Below the pieces are notes generated by a model, which searched no databases, was not told the DNA's origin, and saw only the letters and a list, made by a program, of their open reading frames with translations. 64,000 nucleotides of DNA from Penicillus capitatus. Lineage: Eukaryota; Plantae; Chlorophyta. Each line of letters begins with the position of its first letter. Position 1 is the stretch's first letter. Made by a program: the position numbers and the translations under genes. Shown here one piece after another: positions 11,830 to 24,661 of this stretch. The stretch covers positions 2,214,640-2,278,639 of the forward strand of contig OZ287694.1 in NCBI GenBank assembly GCA_965649825.1, given 5' to 3'.

Positions 11830-13041
11830 TTAGATCTTCGTCTTCTGGAGGCCGTCGGACAGATGGAGCTTCTCCATGTTCAGCCCCGTCGCCTCGCAAA
11901 CCTGGTCCGCGTAGTTGCTCATTTGATGCGTGATGAGACAGGCATCGATCGGACTCGGTTCCACCAGTTGCTTGAAGAGATTGGGATCCTCTTCCGGAAG
12001 CGGATCCTCGCCCGCAGCCCGTCGCTGTGCATTCTCCGCGCGTCTCTGCTGAAGCCACTGCTGATACTGCTGCTGCTGTTTGACCACGCTCTTGTGATAG
12101 GCGGTCATCTACAGACAGGACCCGGATCCCACACTCCGGCCGTCCGATCGGCAGAAGGCACCTTTTTCTGCTCCTGCATGAGGTCGTCGACGCATTCGCC
12201 GAGGAACGACAGCGACTGGTCGATGAAGTGCGTGACATCCAGGTTGAGGCGATTGAGGTCATCGCGCTTCATGGCCCCCGAGCGATCGAGGCCCAGCATG
12301 AACGACTGGACGAGGGTGGAGTTCTGAACGCAGATGGGAATCTCGACGAAGATCGAGTTCCACGTCAGTCCTTGCATCTTCAGCTTCTCGGCCGTCAGAT
12401 GCTCCGTCGACGTGTACATCTCAATGAAGGCCTCGCGCAGTCGAATGGCCCTCAGTCCTGTCACACAAATGAGATAGATCCATGTGATCGACCGTGGGTG
12501 CGCCACTGGGTACCCAGCTGTCCAGATCTGGCGGCCTGTGGATCGTAGACGACGCAGACGCAGCGACGGATGGATTCGTGGTAGTTGACGAAGGTGTCCA
12601 GCAGCTCGATGGTCTCAAAGGAGCCGAAGTTCGTGGACTGGTACCTAACAGGCAGACAGGCGAAGGTGATGGATCCGCAGGCAGCTTCGCATCGGCTACC
12701 ATCCGACGGTGTTGTTGTCCACGTTCACCTCCCGCAGACAACGCATCATCTCGAGCTGGTAATTGGCCGTTTCCGGCGCGCCGCTCTCATCCTCCGCCCC
12801 AATGCTCTGCGGAAACGACGGTCGGGCAGTGGGCTGGCTTGGACTGGTGTACGGGAAAGGGAAAGCAGTCGGTGACTTCGAGCGTCGTGCCCACGTCGAG
12901 ACCGAGAAGCTGTCCGGTGACGAGACTGGGCAGACTGTCGTTGCAGTGCTTCTGAATCTTGACCGCGGCGAGGCCCGTCAGCTGAACGGACTTCAGCTCC
13001 TTGGGCGTGTTGTCGCGCTTGGCCGCCGCTGCGAAGTTCAT
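11830..13041 (-). CDS. eIF3h: Translation initiation factor 3 subunit H
   Basis: LAAVKIQKHC...VTGQLLGLDVGTTLEVTDCFPFP; VGWYQS; FIEMY...LTAEKL...EIPICVQNS; C-terminal LPEEDPNLFK...ITHQMSNY. Confidence 0.93.
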
Positions 13042-13459
13042 GGCGCAGGAGAGCGATGTCAGATGTCCACGTCACATCATCTAGCTGCACGACAGACATC
13101 GTGGACCGACCTCTCGTGATGTGCCCCTTAGGCTACACGATGTGACGTCAATGTCTCTGAAGGATGCAGGCAACGACGGTGTATTCATCAAGATGGCAAC
13201 ACGTGGCAACACAATTGTTCAAGAACACGTTCATTTCACAAGATTCGGAAACTGAGTTCATCTTAAATTGCTCAACCTATGAGCCAGAAGCGCGTGAGCT
13301 TGGATCCTGTCTGAAAATCGCTCCCTTTGTCATCCCACCCTCTATCATACGTTACGACAACTGATAATGTCATTCTAGTCACTAACGGCGTTTTAGCTGA
13401 CGTGCCAAGTAACAAAGATGAAATGAACTAAGAAATGCGACCAGTGTGTGGAGATCATC

Positions 13460-14897
13460 TCATGGGCTCATCGGCACGTTGTTTCGGATATTCGCTAGGA
13501 CAGTATTGACCTCCTCTGCGATCCATTGCTGCTCCGCGTTGGAAAGACTTGGGAAAACCAGGTGTGTCTTGGGGCTTTCGTCCAGGAGCAGGACGCTCAG
13601 CTTTGAACAACCGGTCCATTTGTCATCCACCTGCGATCAGCAAACGGTGGTTTCTGTTTAGAGAGAGATCTTCTCCACTCACCCCTGCTCTCTGGAGGTA
13701 TTTCGTCTTGCCTTTCACCTGCGTCCTCAAGCGTCTGTCGATGGCAGAAGCTCGCCACCCAGTCTCTGGATCATCGACCTCCGACGGGCGGCGATCCGGC
13801 AGTCCCATTGTCCTTCTGATCTCGAAATCGGTATACGTGACCCTCAGGTACTGGCGGCCAAAGAGTACCAAGCAGAAGACAAAGGGCATGGCGATAACGA
13901 TCGCCAAGGGAAGCACTAAAATGAAGATGCGGCAGTGATCCCCTAGAAGCAGGCATCAAGGTCACTCCATCAGGAAAGTGTGTACCTTGATCGATGATGT
14001 GTGAGATGACGAGGTATGACCCGTGGCAGACGACTCCGAGAGATGCCAGGAAGATGGTGCTAAACGCAATGAGCATAATTATCCACCATTTACCTGACAA
14101 ACACCGGTCACAACATCGAAAAAGAGTGAGATAACGGACTCATGAACGGCCACTGTGGTGGAATCTCGACTTCAAGAAAGCATGCTCCGTATCTTTTGAG
14201 CGACAGGCGGGATTCGCCGGGTCCGGGCTTCACGTCGGCCGCGATTCCGCGTCTGCGTCGGAGACCTGAGCGTGGAATTCGGGAGTCGGCTTACCGAGAT
14301 GGATGAACGGTCGTTCTGCAGCAGGTCGTGCGCAGCGAACAGATGCGCCGTCGCTATCAAGCAGCCCCGTCGATATCAAGAGGCCAGAGAGTGAAGTTTT
14401 ACGGTGATGACGTGGAAGCATTTGTCGTCTCCCTCCTCTGTCTCGAACCAGTCCGGTCGCAGAAGCTCGATATCGCCGTACTCCGCCAACAGCCTCTGCG
14501 AAAACAGCGGTGTTCACAGAAGGCGCAAGGCGGTTGGCCGGAATCACCGTCTTCTTATTCTCGTAAGCGTCGGGGTCGTACGGAGGCAGCGTGTCCTTCA
14601 GAGAGAAACAGTCGAAAACGATTTCGCTTCCGTCGCAGATGCGTATACACTAAAAACGCGGCAAAAGCGCCTCGATTTAGCTTCGCGTCAGAAGACGGTA
14701 CATGGAAGTACGCGGCATATCGTTGTGTTCTTCGGACTCAGGAGGCTCTCTTCGACGCGGTATCGGCCAGAAACGACGTCTCCGACGCGGTATGCGAGCT
14801 CAACATTGCCTATGGACAGAGAGGAACAGGGCGACTGTTAAAAAGGCAACGGGTCTGCCGAATCGCGCAAGCTGTACAATGCACCTGCCGTGTCCAT
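13460..14897 (-). CDS. Kinase-N-lobe relic plus two TM helices plus C-terminal domain, resembling cyanobacterial membrane Ser/Thr kinase architecture
   Basis: Spliced model with about 7 introns: MDTAGNVELAYRVGDVVSGRYRVEESLL...EIVFDCFSLKD...RPDWFETEEGDDKCFHVIT...KPGPGESRLSLKRYGACFLEVEIPPQWPF-TM-TM...LVFPSLSNAEQQWIAEEVNTVL. The family assignment is from memory of the cyanobacterial sequences. Confidence 0.7.
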
Positions 14898-15150
14898 TTT
14901 GAGATAGCAGCTCGGGCTCTAGAGGTTTTGACGGCAGAATATCGAATTTCGCTCTTCAAAGAGCTCGCCTTGTGCAGGGGGGACAAATGGCGACGGTCTG
15001 CACGGATTTAACGACAAAATGCATCGTAGCTTCTCATCGTTTCCGCGCCGCCAATGAACATCATTCTTTGGAGAACTGGACGGAACATGGCACACTCAAC
15101 GAGCCATTGCTGCCGAACGCGTTTTGAGGCGTAGGAAGCGGAGAAGCTTC

Positions 15151-16400
15151 ATGGAGCAAGAGGCAAGCCGCCGTTCACGCTTTTCTTCAGTAAGGAGAAT
15201 CGCGGAGAGCGACTCCGCGCTCGATGCCAACCGTCACATCAGCAACCGGTATTCGTCGTATTTCCTCGGCTCATAGGCAACGGCGGAGCCGCTTCTCGGC
15301 AGATTGTGTCAGGAATGGTTGGCACACGTCGACGTGGCAACGCGTGTTCGGGCGTGGACGTGAAGACAGAAAGCAACTCAAAGCCAGGAGGAGACTCAGC
15401 GTCGAGGAGCAGTTTCATCGCGACAACGAGAAGCTGAATGCAGAGATACAAGAGCGTCGCGTTCTGACGTCCAGGGAATCCTTGAGCAAGCTTAAGCACC
15501 TTACATGGTAAGGATCCTCATGTGGAGATACATGAAGCGGTGGCGTCTCGCCGAGAAGACACGACTGAAGGAGAGGCGCTCGAGAAACGCTTCGCCGTCT
15601 CTCAAGGCATGGCGCTCTGCGTCTGTGGATGTCTCGAAGGCGTCCGTCGATCAACGAATCACGCAACTGCTTAGAGACATCGCCGTGGAGTTCGTTCAGA
15701 GCTACGCGCCTTCGGCGTCAGGATCGTCCTGCTCTATGTGAGCTTCCGTGTCATTACAACCCTGTGGTTGACAAAACGCTCAAGCACGTGTCGTGACGGA
15801 TGTCTCTGGAAAGACGAGCATCGCTCTGGTGCGTTTGTCGGCTGGCGACCAGTGTTCCTGTACGAGTCTGGTCCACATCGAAGCCAAGGGTCGTGACGGT
15901 TGAGAGCGAAGTTTTACGTCGTCTGCAGGAGATTGCGAAGCGTCAGGATAAGGAACAGCTGCTGCCTTCCTTAACACGACTGCAAAGCGCATGGCAAGCA
16001 CTGCACCAGGCCGAGAGTATCAGAAACGAAGTCATACAGCTGATCAAAGCATATCTGCCGAAGGAAACGGTTTTTAGACTCAGAGCCAGGCACCGGACAG
16101 GAGATCTCTTCAGCCCCAACATAACCGACAGGCATCGAATTCGGGAAGACCAATATCTCCATGCCTTGACCTCGCCAAAAACACTTCCCTCGCCCTACCG
16201 TCTGTGTGGATGGAATCATTGGGACTCAAACTGTCCACAAGAGCTCTGCCATGTTCTCTCAGAGGATCGAGGAAAGCACACATTTGTGCTTTGTGTAGAC
16301 ACTACCTTACCGAATATCGCAGCGTGTTACACAAACAGTCGTCAACAAGAACCCAATCCATATTGTGCGTGTGCTAAACGGTATATGTTTGTGTTCATTC
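15151..16400 (+). CDS. Hypothetical basic/coiled-coil protein; exon structure unresolved
   Basis: Consecutive open segments (QFHRDNEKLNAEIQERR; RWRLAEKTRLKERR; LRRLQEIAKRQDKEQLLPSL) separated by GT-AG candidates. No family recognised. Confidence 0.3.
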
Positions 16401-19400
16401 TCGCCTTGTCATTTGGATTCCATACTCCATTTCCGTTGTGCGTCGATCGGCTTCAGAAAACTCACGCATGGTGTGCTTCTGTACCAGATCACCATGGTGA
16501 CGTTGGAATCTAAGAGCAGCAGCAAGCTTGCTGATAAGGGCCAGCAGCCCTCCTCCTTTAGGAAACGTGATCTCCAGCTCGGCAAAGTCAGGAGAAGACT
16601 CTATGAATATAAAATGCATGTCCAGAGCCAATTGCAGCCCTGCGTAGAGGCGATAGAGAACGTAGACAAAATACAACAGGTTGAGAGTAAAAACGGCCGT
16701 TGCCAGCGTCGCCTTTCCAGCGCCCGTTGTTCCAGAATCTCCAAATACAACGGCGGAATAGAAAATCGAGATCGACATGAGCAGCGATCCAGCTTCCAGC
16801 GCGTTGTGCGAGATGCGATTCTGCCACTTCACCCACTCATCGTACAGGGAAGCAGAGTGCGTCCGAGACGGCTCGCTGTCGTGGAGCGCTGAAGAGCTGC
16901 CGTTGTCTGCTCTGTCGTACAAATTCTCGGCGTCGTTTGGGACGTTGGGGTGTGCTGGTTCGTGCACCATGTAAGGCATAACTAGCCAATGCATCGTCAC
17001 AGCAACGATGAGGACTCCCAATCCCAGAGCAGCTTGAAGGTTTGGTCCCTTCCTCGAGGCGAAGATAACGGCTGCCACGACAAGTCCCTTCCTCAATGTG
17101 ATGACCGCTTCCCAGCACATGGCCAGTCCTTCCTGCCTGTAACCTTGGTAGATAAAGCCGTAGCGGGCAATGAAATTGGGATCTTCCGTTACAGACCGAT
17201 CTGTCTCGTTCGGCTGATCTTTGGTCATGACTCTCTTCTGGTTTATCCACATCCAAGCGACCATCAGACCGACGAGCATGGCGAGAACACACAGACCGAA
17301 GATTCCGAAGATCCCAGTGGCGATGTGACGTCCTCTAAAGCAATGGAGACTGGTGTCTTCTCTCCAGACAAAACCCGTCTCCAAGGCATAACGATCGTAC
17401 GTGTTTGGTGGATCCGATGCGTTGTTGTCCACTCTGATGCAGTTCACTGCCTTCATAAACTCAGATGCAAAGTCGATGAAAGAAAAATACAAGGTGACGA
17501 GCGTCACAACAATGAGGTAAGTGGTTCCGGGCACGTCGCCGTTGTCATCGGTCGCTGGTCCGTCGTCTGTGTCCCAGGTACGCATTCTTCTCGATCCTTC
17601 CGGAATTCTGTGCTGGGGCCGATGGAGACACCAACGGAACAGCGGTCGGCTGATGATGATCACTGACCAGAAAAACAATGGAAAGGAGACGCGTAACCAG
17701 AGGGCCTTGATCGTATCGGGTCCTTCTTCTCCGTTATGGACTTTCGATTCGAGAGTACACTCGAGAGGGGCGTAGTATGTTCCGTTCGTTGTCGCCACCA
17801 GGAAATCTATAGACACATCGCCGTTAGCACAGAACGAAGGATGCCTCTGCGGAAATGACTCAGGCATGAGAGAAACTGTTTGATGATTGACGGCCACTTC
17901 GTGTTAATACCCAACCCCAAAGTCGTTACTTGCACATAGTTGACCAGAATCTGCAGGATGGAAGAAAGGATGCACATAGCTGATAAAAGAAAGATTGTGA
18001 ACCTTGGCGATTTCTGTCAGTTTTTCGACGGCAACGATGTGATCGGTAATTAAGGGATCGCGTTGCTTCTTTCCCTGTGTGGGCGACATTGGTCGTCTTC
18101 CTAAGAGCAAAAGCGACGTCACAGTCATAGAGAAGCGTAACATCTAAGCCGTACTGAGTTTTAAGCGAGTGATTCCTGTCAAGCGCCTTCTGCTCTGATC
18201 TGGATGGCTGCTGAAGTCTGCCTGCCCATCGTCATTGCATGAGGCCTGCTGAGCTTGTCTTGTCTTTGCCATAGCGACCCAGATCTGCTTTCTTGCCGAA
18301 CTGAACGTCAAGAATATGTTAACAGCCAGCAATACAAATGCGATCGATGCTGCCAAGAGCGTCAGTATGACCGACCATACTCGATATCTTGGGCACTTGA
18401 GACATTCGCCTCCAGCAAAATGCCAATAACCCGCTTCGCAAGAACCGCACAGAATACCACGATACCCGTCGGAGCATTGAAAATAGTCATTGTACACAGG
18501 CGGTGTCGCCTCTGTCCCCGAGAGATACGCATCCAGCTGAGAAATCCGAGTAGATATCTTGCTGGTGTCTTCGTAGTATTCTTTCAAGGCCGTTTCTCGA
18601 TTCTTGCCTACGCTCTTTCGGCTTTCATACGCGCAAGCTTCTTTGACGATGCATTCGTGAAACTGCGGAGAGAAGGGAGTCGAGTGCCAATAGCCACCGA
18701 TCGGTACAAGGCTGGATCTGCCACTGCATTTGGCATGATTCTCGCAGTCTCTGCATGTGCTGGAGGTATCGAAGGAATAGCGATCCACTGGACAAGGCTG
18801 ACAGACATAGCCCGCTTCGTTCTCTCCAGGAAAGCATTTCCTGGTGGAGAATGTCAAGTTTGTCTCCAACTCTCCATACCGAAAAATAATCTCAGAAGTA
18901 CGTCCAATGCCGATTCCCTCAGTTCTATTCACATTGAGAATTCCATCTATTGCCCGATAATCTGTTTCTCCGACGATGTTTGTTGACTCTAAGTGCACAT
19001 TCAGTTCTGTACAAAAACTCTCTGTCAGGCGATGCACGCTGCTCGGGATCTTACCCGCGTCAGCAATGCCGCCAGTGATTGTCTGGTTGAAGGCATCCTT
19101 GACTGCGATCTTGATCCCATCCGACGTATTCCTGGCACAATCCTCGGGACTGTGACACGACGAAAGTGGAAGCAGTATGTCGCCGCCTGTATGGTTGACG
19201 ATTGGAGAAGTGGGGTTCAGCAGCATCAATGCGTAAACACCACTCGCGATGTCCTTCCCGTACTCTCCGTTCGCTTCCTAAACACATGTGAACGATCAGG
19301 AGACTCGGAAATGTGATCGGCGACTGGCACCAGGACAGTGTTGTTGTCGAAACGCAGACAGTACTCTTCTGAAAGCTGATCAGACTTGTACGCGGATAGC

Positions 19401-21979
19401 ATATCTGTCCATCCCTCTGGATCGAGTGCGTCGCAGCCGACGAGAACGGACTCTGGATGGGAGACAAACCATCCTCCAGCTCCGTACTGGGCAACGTTTC
19501 CCGTTGCGTTGACGTTCACCAGCCGAAAGAGTCGGCAGGGTTCCGTTGTAGGTCGGATCTCCGGACAGTTCGTCTGACGATGCCGGTTCCAGCCGTCTCC
19601 GGCCACTTGCACAGAGGCACCGCCTGGTCAGATGCCTTAGGGAATAGCGTCGGTCAGCGAACGGGGCATACCTCCGATGGAAGCGACATTGCTTTCGAAA
19701 ACCACATCCGTCAGAAGAACGTCGCCGATCGAGCTCTCTGGCATGACGCTGTACACCAGACACATGCCGCCACCCCCGCCCTCTCCGCAAGTGGAGAAAG
19801 GGGAGGCAGTGGACGACAGACCGTCCGACTGTGAAGCCTCCCGAAGCAGCGACCTGCCGCTGGTGTCGTTTGCCGCTTCCGATTGGTCTCTGGCGAGCGG
19901 AAATCCGTGGTCCTCGACACGCACAGCTCTGTTTCCTGCGAACCGGGTTCTCCGTATCTGAGAGCGACACAAGTATTTAGTCGCAGGTATCTGAAAGGGG
20001 GCAGGCGTACGGAGAGCTTGTTTTGCCGCTGTCGATTTGCCTCTACGAAGAGACCACCTCCGACGACGGCCGTATTGTTCACGAGGATGTTCGAGTAGAA
20101 TTCTTCGACGACTGTGAAGGATACGGAGGCGGCAGATCTGAGAGCGATGCCACCCCCTCGATACGCTATGTTGCTGGCGAACAGAGACTGCTGTATGGAT
20201 ATCGCATCTGGGGCATCCAGAACGTAAAGACCGCCACCGGAATGACGTGCAACATTGAAGGTGATGTTGGCGTCGAGCAGCGTTATCTCTCCGCACCCAG
20301 CACACATGATGCCTCCTCCGTAGACGGCACTGTTTTCGCGAAACACGTTGGATCTGCCAATGCGTCCGTCGCTGATAAGACCCTTCAGACCCCGCGTTTT
20401 GAAGTTTGCCCCGTTTGTTATCAAAATGCCGCCGCCAAGATTCGCCACGTTTCTGTACCAGGTAGAGGCGTTGGTCTCGAACGCGCCAGTGTTCCTCAGG
20501 ATCACAGCTCCTCCTGCTTCCTCTGCTCGATTGTCTTCGAGGAGACAGTCGTTCATCGTCAGTCTGTTCTGCTGAAGTGCGACCACGTGCAAAGCACCTC
20601 CGTGACGCGCCGTGTTGTTTCTGAAGGTGCAGTTGTCAAATCTCCATTCGTCCAAGTTCTCTGCACTGCATGCGAAGTAGACTGCGCCTCCGATGCTGTC
20701 CTAGTCATACTGGACTGGCATGGAACCCGGAATGCTGGCATGGTTCTGCTCGAACGTGCTGTTCACAACGAGCACGGAGAATCTGTTCGTGCTCGAGAAA
20801 AAGCGATCATCAATGACAGATCGCATCGCTCCCCCACTTGGGGCCTGGTTGCCCAGAAACGAAGACCCAGCCACTGAGAGATTTGCAACAGAGTTTATGA
20901 AAAGGGCGCCGCCGCCATTACTAGGGAAATTGAAAGTAAAGTGATTCACGAGCTCTATGGAACGGCCGCCGCTGCGTTTAATTTCGTACTGTCTGCCGTG
21001 TTGCGTCACTGAGTTGTCGACGAAGGAGGAGTCGACGATGTCCAGCACCGTTCCGGCATCTCTCGCAAACACGGCCCCTCCATTGAACAGAGCCCGGTTG
21101 CTGCTGAACGTGGAGTTCGCGATCCGCAACTTGCAGCTGGCACAGTAAATGCCTCCGCCTTGGTCAGCCTCGTTGTCCTCGAATGTCGAATGCCGAACCT
21201 CCACCTCCGGCATCGGTCCACTGCACTCCATGGAAGAGCATGGGTAGATGGTCAGTGTTCCCATTGCCCGTTCGAAGGCGAACGACCCTCTCCGCGTCTT
21301 CACTCCCTGAGTGTTGTTTATGAATGACACTCTCTCGAACACCACGCTGGTTGTCCTGGAAGCATCATCGGGATCGTTCTCCACCACCACGGCCGAAACG
21401 TCTCGACAGTCTTGGAAGGTGATGTCCGAGATCGTCACATTCGACGACCTATCGTTCAAGAACAACGCCAAGAGTCAAGCGGAGTGACTGAGTGCGTGTC
21501 TGAGTTGTCGAACCGTATGAGGAGGGCGCTGTCGTCGGAGGGACAAGTAATCACTGTCCGGCCTCCTGCGTCGCCAAGGAGTGTGACGTCGCGCACATCC
21601 ACAGTCAGTCTTCTCCTCAGTGTGTAGCTTCTGTTCTCTAGGACGACGGTTTGATGGGGACGCAGATTTCTGAGCGTCTCCCTTAACGACACACCGGAAG
21701 GGACTCGAGTTCCATTGACGGCATCTTGAGTTAAATGACGGCCTAGATAGAATACACGGAACGCGTTTCGGATACTTAGTCAACGGCTGTGTCTGTCTCG
21801 ACTGAAGAGAAGAGGCAAAGAAAGAAGGTGAATTTCAGTTAACGAGTCCACGCAAACGATACGGCATATCTCGCAGACCAACCTTTGCTCAAAAGACTAT
21901 CCGCCACACCGTTCTCTTCGACGCCGACGCTCCGACTATTACTTAGGAGTGCGAGAAAGATGACGGCGGCGAATTGCAT
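16395..21979 (-). pseudogene. Pmp-like beta-helix / Cys-rich / multi-TM surface protein, copy A, with premature TAG
   Basis: Signal peptide MQFAAVIFLALLS, many GGA(I/L/V) and FxxN repeats, CxxC-rich segment (CQPCPVDRYS, CLKCP) and a 500-codon multi-TM terminal exon. Codon 20701-20703 is TAG where copy B has GAG. Confidence 0.8.
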
Positions 21980-23345
21980 GGCAGTTGAGTTTGCAGGTTC
22001 GCCGGAGAACAAATGAGAGGATTTGAAACGACATGCAGAGGACTTGCGACGGAAGCACATAATAGGCAGCAGTCGAATGCACCGTATCAGACGATTCACG
22101 TCCCCATAAGGTATAATGACGTCATTGCTTCTTTCTCTTTTCTATCAATGTCCTTCATTGCGCATGGACACGTCACGTTTCGGTCATCGCGCGGAAACTG
22201 CCTAAAGGACGCTTCGTCGACTTTCGCTCGGCAGAGGAATCACAATTTCCTTGCGTAAGAAGTATGGGTGTTTGTCTATACTCGCCTGCTGTTTCCGTTC
22301 GGTAATCGAAAACAAAGGACATGCGCCGTCGACTACATGTGGATGGGATTCACGGATCTCCTCCAGTTTATGGGTCACGTCTTGGCGCGTTCGCAAAAGC
22401 AGTCGGCGTCGTCGGAAGTTTCTTGGTTTTGAGCACTCTGCTGTATCTCGTATACTAGCTGTATTGTTTGTTTGTTTGTTTGATACCTGAAGTTTTCGGT
22501 CGGGAGAAGAGGTTGTGCCATGATGGAATCACTGCCAAGTATAATACGGCGAACACGGTCTTTCATTGCAATACAACTCACCTTCTACGGAGCGTCTCCC
22601 TTGCTAATGGCATGATCGAACCACGTTTTCGACGTCCAATGAATGCTCAGTCTAGGCCAAGTTGGTGTAAAGGTGAATTCTGTTGTTCTTCAGGGTGCAT
22701 GACCACACCTATACCTTTCTCTTGCGGACGACTTTTCCTCGAACTCCATGCCCATGCTTGTTTCACCTGCAAACGCACTCAGAGTCGGAGGTTTCATGAT
22801 TGAGGCAAATGAAACATTAAATAAAGAGACAATCCTTTTAGATGGATGACTCGAGGCATGTCCTGCAAAGAGGTCAGACGGAGAGGTGGTTCTGAAAACG
22901 TTTGGGTGTTTACTCTTTGTTGCGAAGACAACTCGATCAGCCAAAAACCGCTGACTTCATGATAACGTCAGCAGACACTGGCGCAGCGTTTGGCGTCCTT
23001 CGCATGATCAGATCCTTAATTGCCGATTTCTAGGTATCTAAATAATGCGTCTTCTATCGAACATGACAAAGGCATCGCAGGTCGCACACTCTGAGGTCGT
23101 TTGTTCGCCGGGACGCTTCAGAGCTCTCGGTTCTGTCGGTCGATGTTGTTCTGGTCGCGGTTCGAATATTGAAAGGTCTGACAAAGAGAATATCGACAGG
23201 GTTTTGTAAAACGTAAAGATCCACCTTGCTTGGACATGCGTCGCCATTAAAAAGTCATGATGGGACCCCGTCCCTTTAGGTCGATATTTACCTTCTACAG
23301 TCGATCACATAGCTGCTGCGCTTATCGAGGTGCGACGCAGACGCT
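18197..23345 (-). repeat. Arm A of inverted segmental duplication (partner 55700-64000)
   Basis: Continuous reverse-complement similarity covering the coding region, introns and about 1.3 kb of upstream DNA. Confidence 0.95.
23144..23299. mobile_element. 156-bp TG...CA insertion (putative solo mini-LTR), TSD GTCGA
   Basis: Termini TGTTG...CTACA; GTCGA at 23139-23143 and 23300-23304; the paralogous site at about 55735-55750 is empty. Confidence 0.7.
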
Positions 23346-24661
23346 TCCAGGTATACGTACTCTGATGGTCAGGATTTGATGAATGTCACATCATCCGTCG
23401 TTTAACAGATACCATGTTACTCTGTCGCGTGGAAGTCATATCATCTGCCTCGATTGTGAGGGGCTAATGGTTTCAAGCGGCACTTAACGTCGTGTCAGAG
23501 GCACTTACTTTCCTATGGCCCTGAGCGTTGGATGACTCAACTGATCTATGAGGTCTTGTCACATCCTACATATGAATGGGTGCATTCCGTTGACAAGCAA
23601 CCTTGCTCTGTAAGCTGTAAAGCCTTCCGCGGGCAATCTCTGAAGCGTGGCCTTTCCCGCGTGACATACCCGTGTCACGCGGAGGCACCGCGCCAAACGA
23701 ACTCAACAGCGGAAGACTTCTGTTGTTTACAGAGCAAGGTCCTAAATGGTTCGAATCGCCGTCTAAGTATGCGCATGATGAAAAGACTTTCTAGGTAGGT
23801 GAGTCATCCGAGCCTCAGAACCAGAGAACAGCGCCCCATCGAGACTCAGAAACCCGTTTGAAAAGACAGGCAGCACCCTTCGGCATGGATGACCCCCTCA
23901 GAACAAGACAGTCACATCGCCAGATCAAATCTTGTCGACAACCCGTACGATAGATCTTCTGTAATGAATACTCACACTGCTTTGGAACATCATGTAGAGT
24001 GCACGTATTGATCGCACCGCTAGAAATTCGGAGAGGTATTCGTGCCACGTCTCCTAGTTTAATGCGTCTTCAGATGTCGAGATGGACACAATCGACTTTG
24101 GGTAAACAGTTTCCCTCCAAACACCCATGACTTGGGAGGTACAGATGGATGAGAATGTACGACACCTGTCAAGCCAAAACGATCACATCGATACAAAAAC
24201 GGCTGTTTAGCGACCGCGATGTTCATTCATTCATGTGTGTTGTGTATGTATCGTGATATCATCCGTTTTTGTCGATCCTTTCTAGGGACCAGAGAACACA
24301 GTAAACCTAGAGTGACTTTCAAGCGAACCATCGAAACCCAGCTCGACTCCTGCGGTGCTCATGGCTTGGCTAACTTTACATCTAGATGGACGACCTGCAT
24401 TGTTATTAGGAAATTATTCTTCGTGGAGTATTCACATCGCGCCAACGCTCTTCGTGACTCTTCTGCGCCTGTAATAAAAATCTCGCCTGTTGACATCATG
24501 CATCACGATGTGACTTTTGAGCATCTATCGGATGTGACGTGAACGTCACAGGCATCGTGCTGCGCTTGCTACATTTAGCAAGACAACGGTTGAATAGTTG
24601 TTGGTTTATCGCTGAGCCTTTCCTACGGTCGGGAAGACAAACGCATTTGACGCAGAGCGTC

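Noticed and set aside
20701-20703. Non-standard code (TAG/TAA as Gln or Glu, as in some ulvophytes)
   Set aside because: ATG18 and RPN2 end at TAG, and PAC1, eIF3h, ORN and TRM112 end at TAA, at their expected C-termini. Long exons contain no other in-frame TAR codons.
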